Below, in pieces: positions 1-13,809 of a stretch of DNA of 64,000 bases. The position numbers and the translations under genes were made by a program. The DNA is taken from NCBI GenBank assembly GCA_951406725.2, contig OX597815.1, forward strand, positions 99,014,001 to 99,078,000, written 5' to 3'. Below the pieces are notes generated by a model. The model had not been told where the DNA came from, did not search any database, and saw only the letters and a list, made by a program, of their open reading frames with translations. How positions within the stretch are numbered: the first letter of the stretch is position 1; every line of letters starts with the position of its first letter. Origin of the DNA: Octopus vulgaris. Taxonomy: Eukaryota.

Positions 1-565
1 ATTTTTGCCATTCGTTATGCCATATCTTATAGCATCAGCCAACCAGCACTCCAAGATATACATACATATCGACAGTTATCTCAACATCATGCATCTTCTC
101 GATTTATTTCACTGTTTCGTGGAATTTTGCGTTTCTCCTAACATGTATTGGTCACTTGGAAAGACTAAATAACAATTCTAATATTATTGCAAAACACCCT
201 CATTGTACTTCAAAGTTTTTTAATTCTTTCTCAGTGTAGCTATCTGAATTTAGGTGATCCATGAACAGCAAATGGTTAATTATCTCTCGGACTTTTCCTG
301 GATTATATACAGCTATTTTGTGTTTTGCAAACCCAGGGAGAGTTGGATGAGAGCCATGATATACGGCAAAAGCAATTGTCTATCACCTTGGAAATAAGGC
401 GATGTATTTTCGCTACACCAAGTTGGTGTCCTGCTGCTGTTAGTTCCGTTTCCCAATGTTCTATGCTTTACGTTGTAGAACGACACTAAGAACCTTATAA
501 AATGTGGCTTCTAAAAGACACTGTATTCGTCGAGAATAAAATCCCATAGCTTTATCCACTTGATA
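1..565 (-). mobile_element. Decayed R4/Dong-like non-LTR retrotransposon, reverse transcriptase fragment (runs off window edge)
   Basis: Manual minus-strand translation across frameshifts gives IEHWETELTAAGHQLGVAKIHR, FQGDRQLLLPYIMALIQLS, INHLLFMDHL and YVYLGVL. These match the RT motifs W.T.L...I.RG, FQGDSLSP, HLLFMDDL and YKYLG of R4/Dong-type elements. Confidence 0.7.
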
Positions 566-877
566 ATACACACAATCAGACACACACACACATACACACA
601 AACACATACACACATACACTCACAAATGCACACACACACAAACACAAACACACAAACTCGCGCACACACAATCGTATGCACACGTATAATTATTTGGTAT
701 TGTTGTTCAACATCTAAGCAACCACAAAAACATACATACACACACAAATATATATATATATATATATATATATGCATGCACACATTCTCATAAATATATG
801 TAAATACACATTAGTATAAATATACAATTTATACAGAGGTACACATACATATGTATATCTGATTTCATTTTATGTAG

Positions 878-946
<69 letters not shown>

Positions 947-1735
947 GAGAGAGAGAGAGAAAGCGATTAGGTATGTAAGTGCATACACATGTGTAAGTAT
1001 GTATGTATACACAGAAAGAAAGACAGATATACAGAGAAAAGGCGAGTAGTATCGTACGTATTGTAAGTAATGACAGTACGTATGTCTAAATCGATATCTA
1101 TAAGCAAACTTTGGTGTATGTTTGTGTGTGTACATATAACTCTTTATGTTGCTGTATAATGTTTATATAAATCCTTGTCATATAATCTGTGTGTCCTGTA
1201 GTTATATGTTTGCATGTTTTATCAACGTTGAATCGTGATTTACTAGATATTTCCTAGTTGACTTGCTCTTCATATTTCTTTCGACTTGTTTTCTTACATT
1301 CTTCGATTATGTCACATTTAAAGGTCTCTTCATGAACATCATTCTAGTAAAACCAAAAGTGTACAAGAAAAAAAAAAAACAAAAAAAACAAAACAAAAAG
1401 CGAAATCAAGAAAATTCTCAAAGAATGAAACAAACGTATGAGCAATAACTGAATATCTATTTAGTTCTTTGATTTTCTTTTTGTTTGTATTTTGTTATTT
1501 GTGTGTGTGTGATATCTTCTGATTTTTGATTTTTGTTGAACGTAAAAGTAGTTATTTAACACGATATATATTTTTATATATTCACTTATTCTTTATGTCA
1601 CTGTTTTGTGTTCATATATTACCTCCAGTTATACACATACACAAACATATATGCATACATACATATAGGCATATATGTATGTGAGGGTGTGTGTATATAT
1701 ATACATATATATATATATATGTGTGTGTGTATGGA

Positions 1736-1787
<52 letters not shown>

Positions 1788-1918
1788 TATATTTTGATTG
1801 TATATATATATGACCATGCATATATATCCATTACTATGATATATATATATAGACATACATATAGACATATATATATATATATACATACACACACGCACAC
1901 ACACACATACACACACAT

Positions 1919-1951
<33 letters not shown>

Positions 1952-2335
1952 ATATAGGACATATATTTAAATATATATTTAGCTATACATGTATGCATAT
2001 GTACATGTCTGTGTGTGTATGTGTATTTGTGTGTGTATATATGACTGTTTCAGCGTGCGTTTGTGCATATGTAAACATTTATTGATCATAATATTCTCTT
2101 TCTCTTCTACACTTTTATTTTTCTGTTTTGCTCATTGGCTTAGCTTTTTTCCACTTTTGCTTCATCAAATTATATATGTTCTCGTTTTTGCATACGTTAT
2201 AGGACATTGAAAGGTAAGTTGATTGAATAAATAAAAAGTTATATTAGATTCATACAAGTAACATACTCTCACACACTCATCTCTTTCGCTCACTCTATGT
2301 TGTACGTCTATATATATATGTGTGTGTATGTGTGT

Positions 2336-2374
<39 letters not shown>

Positions 2375-2457
2375 TATATTTATATACATGTACGCATGTA
2401 TTCAAATAGCGTGAGTGTGTATATGCAATTATTGTATATCTATGTATATATATATAT

Positions 2458-2500
<43 letters not shown>

Positions 2501-2576
2501 TATAGAGAGAGATACAAACATATACGAATATAGACACATTTATGTAAATGCATATGCGTATTCATATGTATGTACG

Positions 2577-2614
<38 letters not shown>

Positions 2615-2662
2615 AAGAGAGAGGTATGTATATATTTATACAGAGAGAGAGAAAGAGAGATG

Positions 2663-2698
<36 letters not shown>

Positions 2699-4081
2699 TA
2701 GATAGAGAGAGAGAGAGAGAGAGATGTATATATATATACTTTTATGTAAAGATAAATAAAGATAAAAATCAACCATTGATATATTTAAGCAGACTATTAG
2801 GTTTACTTCTACAAGGACAACGTCATAGTGACCTCGAAGTCCGGCGCAGTTGTCTTCGTCGCAACTTTGAAACTACCATGATCTTTTACTTGTATCTATG
2901 GTTGTATATGTATGTTTGCGCGCTCACGCGTAAGTTGTTTACATAGAAAATAGAGTAAGCGTTCCTTTATTCTTTTGTGCTATTTAGCCCAAAGGCAGTG
3001 GTCGTGCAGTATTATCGTCTTTTCAACGAACATTCTCTTGTGACTTGGCTTTCGGAGATGAAAAGGGGATTGATATTGTTACCAACATTTGACTTTCTTG
3101 TCGTGATATAGTTTCATTTGGGATCTAGGACACAAGAATAGCAAGTTTTTTTTCTTGAAAATATTTACTCCGATTCTCTGCATATTTCTCAGAATTCTTG
3201 GTAGAATAATTCACATAGAGTAGTTTGAAATCATTTATATGCCAACTGTCGTTGAAAGACAGCGAAACTGTACTGAACGTATGTAAGTCACATTATCCCT
3301 TAGTATAATTGTAGAGCTTCCTGTATTTCACTTTAAATTGAAGAAGTATGTACTATTATTACTGACGACATATAAATGTGGATAGTTATAGCCCTTCTGA
3401 AATTTGATAAAGCACATAAAAGATGAAGCTATAAGGAACTGAAATAAACTGTAAAGAATAAATATGTTCAAGGGAGGATAAGATATCAACAAAGAGAATT
3501 TCTTTAAAATGAAAGAAGGCTCGTACATCCTGAAGCGATGAAAGAATATACTACAACTGGACTGAATTGATCAGTATTATCTGCATTCAAGTGGAGTGAT
3601 ATTCTCTCTGTTACAGACCCCACTTATGCAAACCCGTCTATATTTTATATATTTGATATTTATATTGTCATTGAAAACTTATCACTCTCAACTATCTACT
3701 TCCAACGCATTACTGTATAAATTTGAATATCTGCCTCTTGTTTGTTTTATTATCTTTGTTATTCTTTCAACTTCTATGACCTTGAAGTACTTCACCTCCA
3801 AGAAAAAAAATACCTGACACCTATCAATTGTTATATACTCTGAGTTATGCCTCATATTGCAATGCTGAGTAACTGACATAATAAAAAAAACCACAACAGT
3901 CTCCGATAGTTTTAGTACGGTTTTAACTCACCCTCTGATGACTGCTTGACATAGACTCAGATTATAACTCACATTTACGATGCAATGTCAATATTTCTGT
4001 GTACGTACACATATCTGCACACACATACACACACAAACCGGAACACACACAAACACGCACACACATGCACATACACGCACG

Positions 4082-4128
<47 letters not shown>

Positions 4129-5346
4129 ACAAACACACACGTACACACACTTGTATATGCAAATATTCATTATGTATTATTCGGTGATAACTTTTTGCAA
4201 TCGTATCGTGTTTGTGTTCAAAACAAAACAAAAAAGTTTGAGCTGCTGTTATTTATCATAGGTCAAGTGTGAATCTGAAATCTCACGGCAAAAGAAATTT
4301 AATGTCAAAACACTCACAGAAAATAGTTTAAAAAACATATATCAGTATTAAATACTGGAATCAAAAATTATAAAAATAGATGTGTATATTTTTACATTCG
4401 AATTGGCAATAATGGTAGGTGCGTTCCAATTGACTGGAGACAAATAGCATATCAGAAATAGACGTGTATATACGTTTAAATTTATGTATTTATATTGTCA
4501 ATGTTGAACTATGATGAGTCATTTAACCTGTTTGAAATAACAGCTAAATTACCAGTGGTTTTAGTCTCACTTTTGAAATTCAGACAGATTTATAGCATAA
4601 TATAGAAAAGAAAAATGTAATGGCTACGCCTAGATGTCCTTGATAAAATATATTTAATTGTGAGCTGAAGTAAAAATAATTAGAAATTACTATCAAAAAT
4701 TATTTAAAATTAATTGAGATTTTCCGGTTTTGGTTAGGAACCATGTGCCTGGAAGAAATTCTACATTCCCTTTATGGACCATACTTAAACTAAACAAATA
4801 TCATAGGTTGCTTATTAACTGACAATGAAAGTTTTGTACAAAAGGATAATACAATTTTTAATGGATTTTATAAGTATATGAAAAATATGTATTCATAAAT
4901 AACTTAAATATAGCAATGAAACAAAAAAGAATGTCAGGCATTTATTCAAATTTTTCTGACTATTTTCATTGATCCCATTGGGCAGTTCTAAGCTATTCTA
5001 GTCTTGACCACAAACCCATTCGTGTATAACTACATTATGTTGCGTCTTCTCTTTATTCAAGAGTGTAAAAGAGTACTGTGGCTGCAATTTCTGCTTGGAT
5101 AATACATCTATTAAAGGATTCAGCGCTGATTGATGAACTAGTTGAACATCGGATTAAATGCTTTATCTTTTTTATTCATCTTGCTTTAAAACTATCGTTC
5201 AAATATCTCACAGGGGTTGTGTTTCATTTCATCGTCAAAGATACAATAAAATATGTATGTATATGTGTGTATTAATAGACATGCTGACAGACGGACAGAC
5301 AAATAGACAGATAGATAGACAGACAGATAGATAGATAGATAGATAG

Positions 5347-5406
<60 letters not shown>

Positions 5407-5449
5407 GAGAGAGATAGATAGACAGGTAGACACAGAGAGCGACAGAGAT

Positions 5450-5650
5450 TTTTATTCTTTTATTCTTGTGCGTGTTTCAGTCATTTGACTGCGGCCATGC
5501 TGGAGCACCACCTTTAGTGGAACAAATCGACACCAGGAATTTTTCTTTGTAAGCCTACTACTTATTTCATCGTACTCTTTTGCCGAACCGTTAGGTTACT
5601 GGGACGTAAACACAGCAGAATCGGTTGTCATGCGATAGTGGGGGACAAAT

Positions 5651-5690
<40 letters not shown>

Positions 5691-5766
5691 GCGCGCACAC
5701 AAACACACACAAACACACACACACACATATTTATATACAACAGGCTTCTTCCAGCTTTCTCTCGAC
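5450..5766 (-). mobile_element. tRNA-derived SINE family 1 (CORE-like, internal GT microsatellite), 3' part; interrupted by a LINE
   Basis: Aligns by eye to the intact copy at 22131-22545 (gtttcagtcatttgactg...gctggagcacc...gacgtaaacac...caggcttctt). Confidence 0.85.
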
Positions 5767-8072
5767 AAGCTTCCATCTTTTTCTGAATTTTTCACGTGAC
5801 AGGTACCTCTTCTCCAGCTTGATGTTACTGCTGAGGTGTAACTAAAAAAGTTGACCAATCCCTGGCCAGATACGAAGGTACCCTTACAGGGTGCATAGAT
5901 CCCGATCAACCTCAAAAACTTGCCGCTGTATGTCACATCAAGGACGACCAGCCCACCTTCAGGGTCTACATAGACTGTACTTGTCTGCAGAGCCAAGCAT
6001 TTACGGACAAATACTACTACGCCCCCACGACCTCCGGTCTGGCTAGGAGACATGATTTTCTCATAGCCATTCAGGAGTGGTGAGAAGGTTTGTAGACTGT
6101 CCAGCTTGGTCTCTGTAGCAACCATCACATACATATCGTGTGATCTGAGATCGTCGAGGAAACAGGCTTGCTACCACTTCGAGCTCAGTCCACACATATT
6201 CAAACATCCAAGGTTAAGCGAAGCCGATGTTGGGGCCGACCTTACCACACGTAAGGCAGCTTCTTCGTTCACCTCCTTCTTCAAGTACCCGGGCAGGGCC
6301 ACAAGACTGCTGATGTTTTCAGGATGCCTTTCCGTTAACTGTTTGGATAGGGTTTCCCCTATACAGGTACATCTTTCATTTAAATCCCTGTGTTTGGGAA
6401 AATGTTCGGTGAGATGATGGTTGACGACAATCTCGTCCATATACATGGCTTTAGTGTTGTACTCAATTAAGACTTTAGTGTCTTCTTTCTTTTCTGGGGC
6501 GATTGAGCGGGGTTTTTTGTAACATGTGGTGCTGTGCTATTTTTTGTGGGGGATGGGGTGGAGATGGCACATGAGCCCGTTTCCGAACTAATGTGTAGTC
6601 ACCCTCGGACACCTCCATGGTGTCTTCGGGGGAGTCGTGTTTTTCTTTACACTGGTTGCCTCAGATATCATGGGGGGTTGTTATTGTAGGAGTTTGTGAC
6701 TTCAGGGGTTGGGTCGTTTTGTTTGTGTGTTTTGGGGCTGGCACCACAACAGGGGAGAAATGTTTGTCTTTGTAGGGGCTGGTGTGTGTGTAAGCTTAGG
6801 ATTATTTTTTCAAAATTGTAGGGCCTGGTGCCTGTAAAAGTTTATCGTCCTTTAGTTTCTCCTCCTCCTTCTTTCTCTCTTCACAATGGAGCCGAATGTG
6901 TCCCTTCTTTCCACATTCATACCAGGTGGGCTTTTTATCCTTCACCTGTATTCGAAGGGCTACATTCTCCACCACGAGCACCCGATCTGGAAGTGCTTCA
7001 ATGTCTGCAACAGCCCCTTGGATGATGGCTGAACTACTTTATCCTACCCTGTTTTGAGGAGCAGAGCATGTGATTTGTAAGAATTTTACTGTTTGTGCTC
7101 TTTTGAATAACAGAGCAGCCATCATCTCCCTCGAGTCTATTTCAGGCGGCACTTCTGTCACCTTTACACGGAAACTGCACCTCTCCATGTATATTGGCAG
7201 AAGGGGCTCACCGAGTACCCGTGGGCCATTTCTTCTGTTTTAAATCGGACCTCTACGGTCGCATATGTTTTGCCCCTAGTGATATATGTAATATCCTTCC
7301 ACACAAGCCAGGCACTTTTCTATTTTTACTTTTTCGAAATGTTAAAGCGTTTGCTTTCTATGCAATACGCTTTAAACAGCATCGTTTTTCTTTCTGTTTC
7401 GATGTTGGAGGCGAGTGTTATTTTAATATCTGTGTCCTCCTCCTTCATCCTCTTGAAGTATTCCTTCAACTTTTCTTTAGAAATCTCAATCGACTCTTTC
7501 GTCACTGCGGCGACAGCAGAAAACTTCTTCGCATCTTCAGTGCAAATTACTCCCTCCTCCAACGTACATCTTTCTCTAATAACTTCGACCGACATTCTTC
7601 GGCCGAAATTAATTAATACAAAAAAAAACAATGAACTTCCTCTAACGAGGAAAATGTTCAATAATAATTTTTGAGAAGCAGTGGTTCAAACCCTTCACCC
7701 AGTGGGGAGGTGTGTAGAAATAAGCCTACAACGGCCAAAAAAATGTTACAACACAAAAATTATAATTTCCTAAATGGAAACCTACAAAAATACAGTTTCA
7801 AATTCCCCTCCATTTCTTGGGAGCATGGCAAAACAAAAGCCTATGACGGTTTCAAAAAGTTTTAAATTTTTGTAAACAATAAATGCCTTACCTTCCCAAC
7901 GGGGAAGCGTAACACAGTTCAACACGTAAATCCACCAGAAGACAAACGATAATCGAATAAGGACGGCACAGTTAGGTAATCCAATATAAGACGAACACAA
8001 CACGAAGACAACACACGTCTGACTAGTAGCACGGTAAACTTAGAAATGACTGAAGCGGAAGTTGGTCGCTTA
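5767..8072 (-). mobile_element. L1/Tx1-clade LINE, 5' portion only (5'UTR, ORF1, start of ORF2 APE endonuclease)
   Basis: ORF1 starts at ATG 7595 (MSVEVIRE...) and has a decayed CCHC knuckle W(C)YECGKKGHIRLHC at 6883-6924. The ORF2 N-terminus SLNLGCLNMCGL...ATETKL...GGVVVFVRK...GGLVVLDV...RLIGIYAP is an APE endonuclease. Stops and frameshifts occur throughout; no RT is present. Confidence 0.85.
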
Positions 8073-8112
8073 GGTAAGCAAGCTACTTACCACACTGCCA
8101 CTCCTGCACCTA
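8073..8112 (-). mobile_element. SINE family 1, 5' head (A-box region) left on the far side of the LINE
   Basis: ggtaagcaagctacttaccacactgccactcctgcaccta matches 22506-22545. Confidence 0.75.
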
Positions 8113-8239
8113 TTAAGTCATTTTTCTATATTTTCAATAAAATTCAATCTATCAAGTGATTATATAGGTATTATCTAAATCGACAATATTTCAGGCTTTA
8201 TATTTTACTGTGAATTAAGAACATTGTCACAAACCTAGT

Positions 8240-8385
8240 TGTGCAGTTAAGGATTTCCTACTTAGAGAACTGGTTTCGAAGTCGGTCCTACTGCGCAACA
8301 CATTGGGTAAAACGCTTCTACCATAATGTTAGGTTATCCAAAGCCTTCTCGGTGAAATTTTGAAGATGGAAGTGAAAGCCGTAGT
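8240..8385 (+). mobile_element. Highly decayed SINE family 1 head/core
   Basis: Loose match to 33823-33980 (cctactgcgcaacacattgggtaaaacgcttctac...caaagcctt). Confidence 0.5.
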
Positions 8386-8839
8386 AGTTAGCATTCCCAT
8401 TCTTAGAAAGCAGGATTAAATCATCTCTCGGATTAACATCAACATTGCATATCTCTTACCTGTCTTTAGTTGACTACATACTGTTGAAAGCATTTAAACA
8501 TTGACAATGGACTGAGTATAAATTTTTACTTGCCTTCCAACATTATAAGTGTTTCTGAAAAATGTCTGTCGCTCCTCGTGAGACTAAGAATATATGAAAA
8601 GTAAAAAATAACTGTAAAACTATAATACGAATATGCCAAAACCTGAGCCAAATTTGAAAAACAGCGGCAGAAAACAACAACAATTACAACAGGAACAACT
8701 AAAAGAAACAGCAAGTAGAACTGTTCAACAAATAGGTTCTGTAAAGAATATCTTTTTTTCTGCCAGAGTGAGTATTGAAGGTGAGACAGTCAAAGGTTCA
8801 AAGATTAAAACACATAAAACATGACAAATGGAAAAATGA

Positions 8840-8882
8840 TGATGATAATAATAACAATAATAATAATAATAATAATAATAAT

Positions 8883-8959
<77 letters not shown>

Positions 8960-9180
8960 TAATAATAATAACAATAATAATAATAATAATAATAATAACA
9001 ATAATAATAATAATAATAACAATAATAATAATAATAATGATAATAATAATAATAATGATAATAAGCTCCTACAAAACCTGCGATATAGAGAAATAATGAT
9101 AATAATAATGATAATAACAATAATAATAAGAAGAAGAAGAACAACAACAACAACAACAATAATAGACATGACAACAACAT
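8840..9180. repeat. (AAT)n/(AAC)n microsatellite array
   Basis: Directly visible; source of the poly-N/I/L/Y ORFs. Confidence 0.95.
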
Positions 9181-9402
9181 CAAGAACAGTACTCTGTGCA
9201 AAATGCATCAATAATATTAATAACAATGGTAATAGAATGCTAAAATGCATTTAGTCACTAGTGATGGGAGCATTTTAAACTATGATTTAATTAAATTAAT
9301 ATATCTATTCTTTTATGATGATTATTTAAACACAGAAGCATTCTTCCGAATCCAAGAATTGACGCATTAGTTTGTTTCCTCTTTCTCCGTCATTTACCCC
9401 CT

Positions 9403-9450
<48 letters not shown>

Positions 9451-9811
9451 ATTTTATATGTGTATGTGCGTGTGTATGCATTCACACACAAACACAGTTT
9501 TCGGTAAATATCGCTATTCATTGAAAGTAAGGTAAACACAAAAAACAATTAGCACACTAACATACAAACACGTATACACACAGTTGCCTCTCTCAGTCTG
9601 AGAAACACACATATTTGCCATCTTGTTTTCAGGGAAACAAAACAAAGCCTAAAACAGCAACAACAGCAACAACAGCTATAACAAATATAAAATTACTCAT
9701 TCACCCAAAGAGAATAATACTATATTTATTTATTATTATATTTTATTTTTAATTATATTTTAATTTGTGGATGTGATGTCCCATTTGCGTCGCCCTTGTG
9801 GCACTGAAAGA

Positions 9812-9812
9812 A

Positions 9813-9857
<45 letters not shown>

Positions 9858-9893
9858 AACAACAACAATAACAATAACAATAATAATAACAAT

Positions 9894-9980
<87 letters not shown>
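9812..9980. repeat. (ATT)n followed by (AAC/AAT)n microsatellite
   Basis: Directly visible; the two halves are reverse complements. Confidence 0.95.
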
Positions 9981-9981
<1 letters not shown>

Positions 9982-10210
9982 TCTTAGTGTTGCTGTAAAT
10001 ATTATTGTTTATGTTGTCTTTGGTTTTCTTACTGTTTTTGTTTCTCATTTTGTTGTTGTTGTGTGTGTAAGTGTGTGCCCGCGTGTGTGTGTGTGCGTGT
10101 GTAATGGGTGTGCAATGGAATAATTACGTTTTGGTACGGTTTCTAGTTACAAAATAATCGAATACAAAAGAGTTAATATGGCAGAAGTAATAGTTTCGCT
10201 CAAAGCTAAG

Positions 10211-10235
10211 TGACGTTTCCCGCCTCATATAAAGA
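10211..10235 (+). promoter_or_regulatory. Possible core-promoter motif cluster
   Basis: TGACGT (CRE half-site), TTTCCCGC (E2F-type) and TATAAAG within 25 bp of unique sequence; no transcript evidence. Confidence 0.2.
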
Positions 10236-10480
10236 CCCTTTCTTCATCCCATCCCCATTGACGGGATGGGCCCTTGCTATATTCAACTGGCATTAACCTA
10301 TACTTTTCCTTCCCTTCCTCTCGTCACTGATTCGACCCACGTCACCAACGTCAGCATCACAATCACGACTACCATTATCAATATTACCTCCGTCATCACT
10401 ATAATCATCCCCAGCATCAGCACGAGTCATCGTCATCGTCGTCGTCGTCGTCATCATCATCATTATCATCGACATCATCG

Positions 10481-10511
<31 letters not shown>

Positions 10512-10779
10512 TATCATCATTTCAACCATTGCTATCATCACTACTACCATCAGCTGAAATAACAGCCAAGTCTCCATTATTTACCAAACTACTGTCTTAA
10601 AAAGAGGAGGATATATTAGATAATATAGCACACGATGACTCGAACATAGGTACACAAGAAGTAAGCCTTTAAGGGGTCCTTTGACGGATTGTAGTCTAAT
10701 CTTCCTCAAAACAAACCCGAAACTTTAAAAATCATTATCAGAACGAAAAAGACAGAAAGCTACATGTTATCTCTCTCTT

Positions 10780-10844
<65 letters not shown>

Positions 10845-11858
10845 CTATCTGCCTGTCTATATTTTTATCTCTCTCTCTCACTATCAATATTTTATCTCTC
10901 TCTTTCTCTCTCTCTCTCTATCTGCCTGTCTATCAGTCTATCTTTCTGTCTCCACCCCTATCTCTCCTCCTCTCTTTATCTGCTCCACTTCACCTCTCTC
11001 TGTCTTTCCCTATCCCCTCCTTTCTCTATCTCTCTCACCACCTCTCTCGCTCTATCTCTCTGTGTCTCTCTCTCCGTCTCTCCACCTCTCTCTCCGTCCG
11101 TCAGTCTGTCTGGCTGTCTGCCCCCCCTCTCTTTCTCTCTCTCTCTCTATCTCTATCAATCTCTTTACAGCGCGATGTAGTTATCCTTCCTCTCGCTGAA
11201 GAAAATATATTGCAAAAATTTAATTCTATATGCATGCTACAAATATATTCAATTAAATCTCACTGTATTATTTATCTTCCTTACTAGTTTACCTTTCTTT
11301 AAACTTCATTCATTTGCATATATCGGACTTGTCGATCGTGTCATCTCCTTAAATAATCTACAAGACGTTGCCTCTCCTGCTTGGAACCCTATATTTGCCT
11401 GTAATGTTGCGGAAGCGCAAGTTATTTATTTGACCAACATGTGCAATATGAACGACCGACAATAGTTATTAAAAAAGTTATGTCCATTTTTACATTAATT
11501 AAAATACAAAAAAGACTGGTATTATTATTAAATTGTGTACTTGTCCTTTGGTTCCAAAGCAGCTAGTTTCTTTACTATGCTTTTACCGCTTGTTTACATT
11601 CTGCATTCAAATACGCGTACGTGAAATTTGCTTATGTTTCCAGGAACATTACTGTAAAGTACCTAGTTTAGTATTAGGGTTGATGTAATCAACTCAACCT
11701 GTACCTTCAAAACTGTTGCCTTTGTGCCTAAAATTCAGTTCCGACTTTCAAATATATTAATATATCATCTTATAATGTTTTTAATCTATTTAGTATCTCT
11801 ATGTACTTTCAAGCATATTTAGGTGTTTTAATATAAACAGGTTATATACACCTGTATA

Positions 11859-11899
<41 letters not shown>

Positions 11900-11912
11900 A
11901 ATTAAGATTCAG

Positions 11913-11985
<73 letters not shown>

Positions 11986-12023
11986 TTTATGAATATATAA
12001 AACATCCAAGGGTGTATATTTTC

Positions 12024-12104
12024 CTCTCTGTAGATAGCTCAGATCGTATAAATTTAATATTTACTTAATATTTATTGAGTTTTAATTGAAACACCTGTAA
12101 GGGA
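12024..12104 (+). ncRNA. Degenerate type I hammerhead-like motif with long stem II
   Basis: ctct-CTGTAGA-(agctca...tgagtt)-GAAA-CACCTG-TA-aggg. Stem III is one base from the palindrome CAGCTG, and the core has U at position 6. Confidence 0.35.
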
Positions 12105-12325
12105 TGATGATTAATTAGTTGTTAATAATAAACAATTATTAACTTTCCAATCTCCGTCTACTTTTTCTTCTTTTATATGAATATAAACTATATGCTTATA
12201 TATATATATATATTATTTTAAAGAATCTAATTCCCCCCCCCCACCAAAAAAAATGTTAGGTATTGAACCAGTATTTCTTTCGATGAAACCATCCCTTCAT
12301 GAGGTTTAACACAACCTCTAATCGA

Positions 12326-12421
<96 letters not shown>

Positions 12422-12444
12422 GTGTGTGTGTATAAACATATAAA

Positions 12445-12747
12445 GGCGCGTGAAGACGTTGGCTTAGAGGTTGGGGTATTCAGCTCACGATCGTAGAGTT
12501 GTGTCCTTGAGCAAGACACTTTATTTCACGCTGTTTCATTCCACTCAACGGACAAAAACGAGCAGTACCTGTATTTCAAAGGGCCAGAGTTTTCACGATC
12601 TACGTCACGCTGAATCTCCCTGAGAACTATGTTAAGGATACACGTGTCTGTGAAGTACTCGGCCACATGCACATTAATTCCTGAGCAGGCTACCCCGTTG
12701 ATTGGATCAAGTTGAACACACGTCGTCGTAAGCGACGAAATGCCAGT
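12445..12747 (+). mobile_element. tRNA-derived SINE, head A + CORE-like segment + tail X
   Basis: Head and core (ggcttagaggtt...ttgagcaagacactttatttcacg) match 62088-62200. The tail (tgtatttcaaag...gtcacgctgaatctccc...cgtcgtcgtaa) matches 45780-45951. Confidence 0.8.
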
Positions 12748-13094
12748 GCATATAAAAAAAGTTAAGCAAGGCATCAGGAGTGCGACGAATTGGCAGACCC
12801 TTTCTATTTTGTGATAGACGAGATGCCATGAGGGCTGTGTATTGTGAGAATCTTTAGCGCGATGGTAAATTAATTGAATTTATAGGGTTGTTAATAAAAC
12901 GACTCGAAGGCCGTGGACAGCCAGAATATTTAGAGCACTGCATGAAATATCTTGGATGCGGCGATGAAGATGAATCTTTACGGTATCATATCGTTACACA
13001 CATCCCTATTTTCTAATTTGGAATGCGACAAAAGTCAAAGTCGATAACATATGCACCAGCAAAGTACTCTGGTCGATGGTATCAAAGATTTTAA

Positions 13095-13325
13095 GGCGGC
13101 GAACTGGCAGAAACGTTAGCACACCGGGTGAAATGCTTAACAGTATTTCGTCTGCCGCTACGTTCTGAGTTCAAATTCCGACGAGGTCGACTTTGCCTTT
13201 CATCCTTTCGGGGTCGATAAATTAAGTACCAGGTTCGGACTGGGGTCGATGTAATCGACTTAATCCGTTTGTCTGTCCTTGTTTGTCCCCTCTGTGTTTA
13301 GCCCCTTGTGGGTAGTAAAGAAATA
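13095..13325 (+). mobile_element. tRNA-derived SINE family 3, full length, with 10-bp TSD
   Basis: A-box-like tggcagaaacgtt, B-box gagttcaaattcc and central ctttcatcctttcggggtcgataaa. Direct repeat tatcaaagat at 13080-13089 and 13328-13337. Confidence 0.9.
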
Positions 13326-13809
13326 CATATCAAAGATGCTCTCCATCAAATTTCCTTTCATTAAAACCAACCTATAGCGGTCACACGCCATCGATAATAT
13401 AATGCACTATAACATGGGGTTGCCTTACAAATATTTATAATTAACTAATATTATTGATATTGTCGATCGTAATCGCATTCTATGTTATAAATATTCATTA
13501 TTAACATAGAACTGTTGCCGAAAATGGGAAATATTTTATCAATTGTTCCGTTCTTAAAATTTTAGGTCTTAGGCCCATGTTAGTGACAATTAATGATGAT
13601 GGAATGACAGCATTGGCGGAGCTGGCGATTTACCTTAGTTCTATTACCAAAATTTTGAATTTGTTATTCCTCTGATCGGGGTCAATAAAATAATTGCAAA
13701 ACTAGAGTCAGAATAATTGATTTCACTTTCCTTTGGATTTGGAATCTGTTCCTTCTTGAGAAACAATTCTAACAACAGCAGGATTTTTTTACTTCGTTAG
13801 TTTAAGTCT

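Noticed and set aside
3930-3965. CTGATGA hammerhead core
   Set aside because: No GAAA or stem III/UH follows.
6171-6446. Apparent in-frame ORF1-ORF2 fusion in the Tx1/L1 element
   Set aside because: A single extra base in acatcggct (versus acATGgct) would explain it, and the copy is otherwise decayed.
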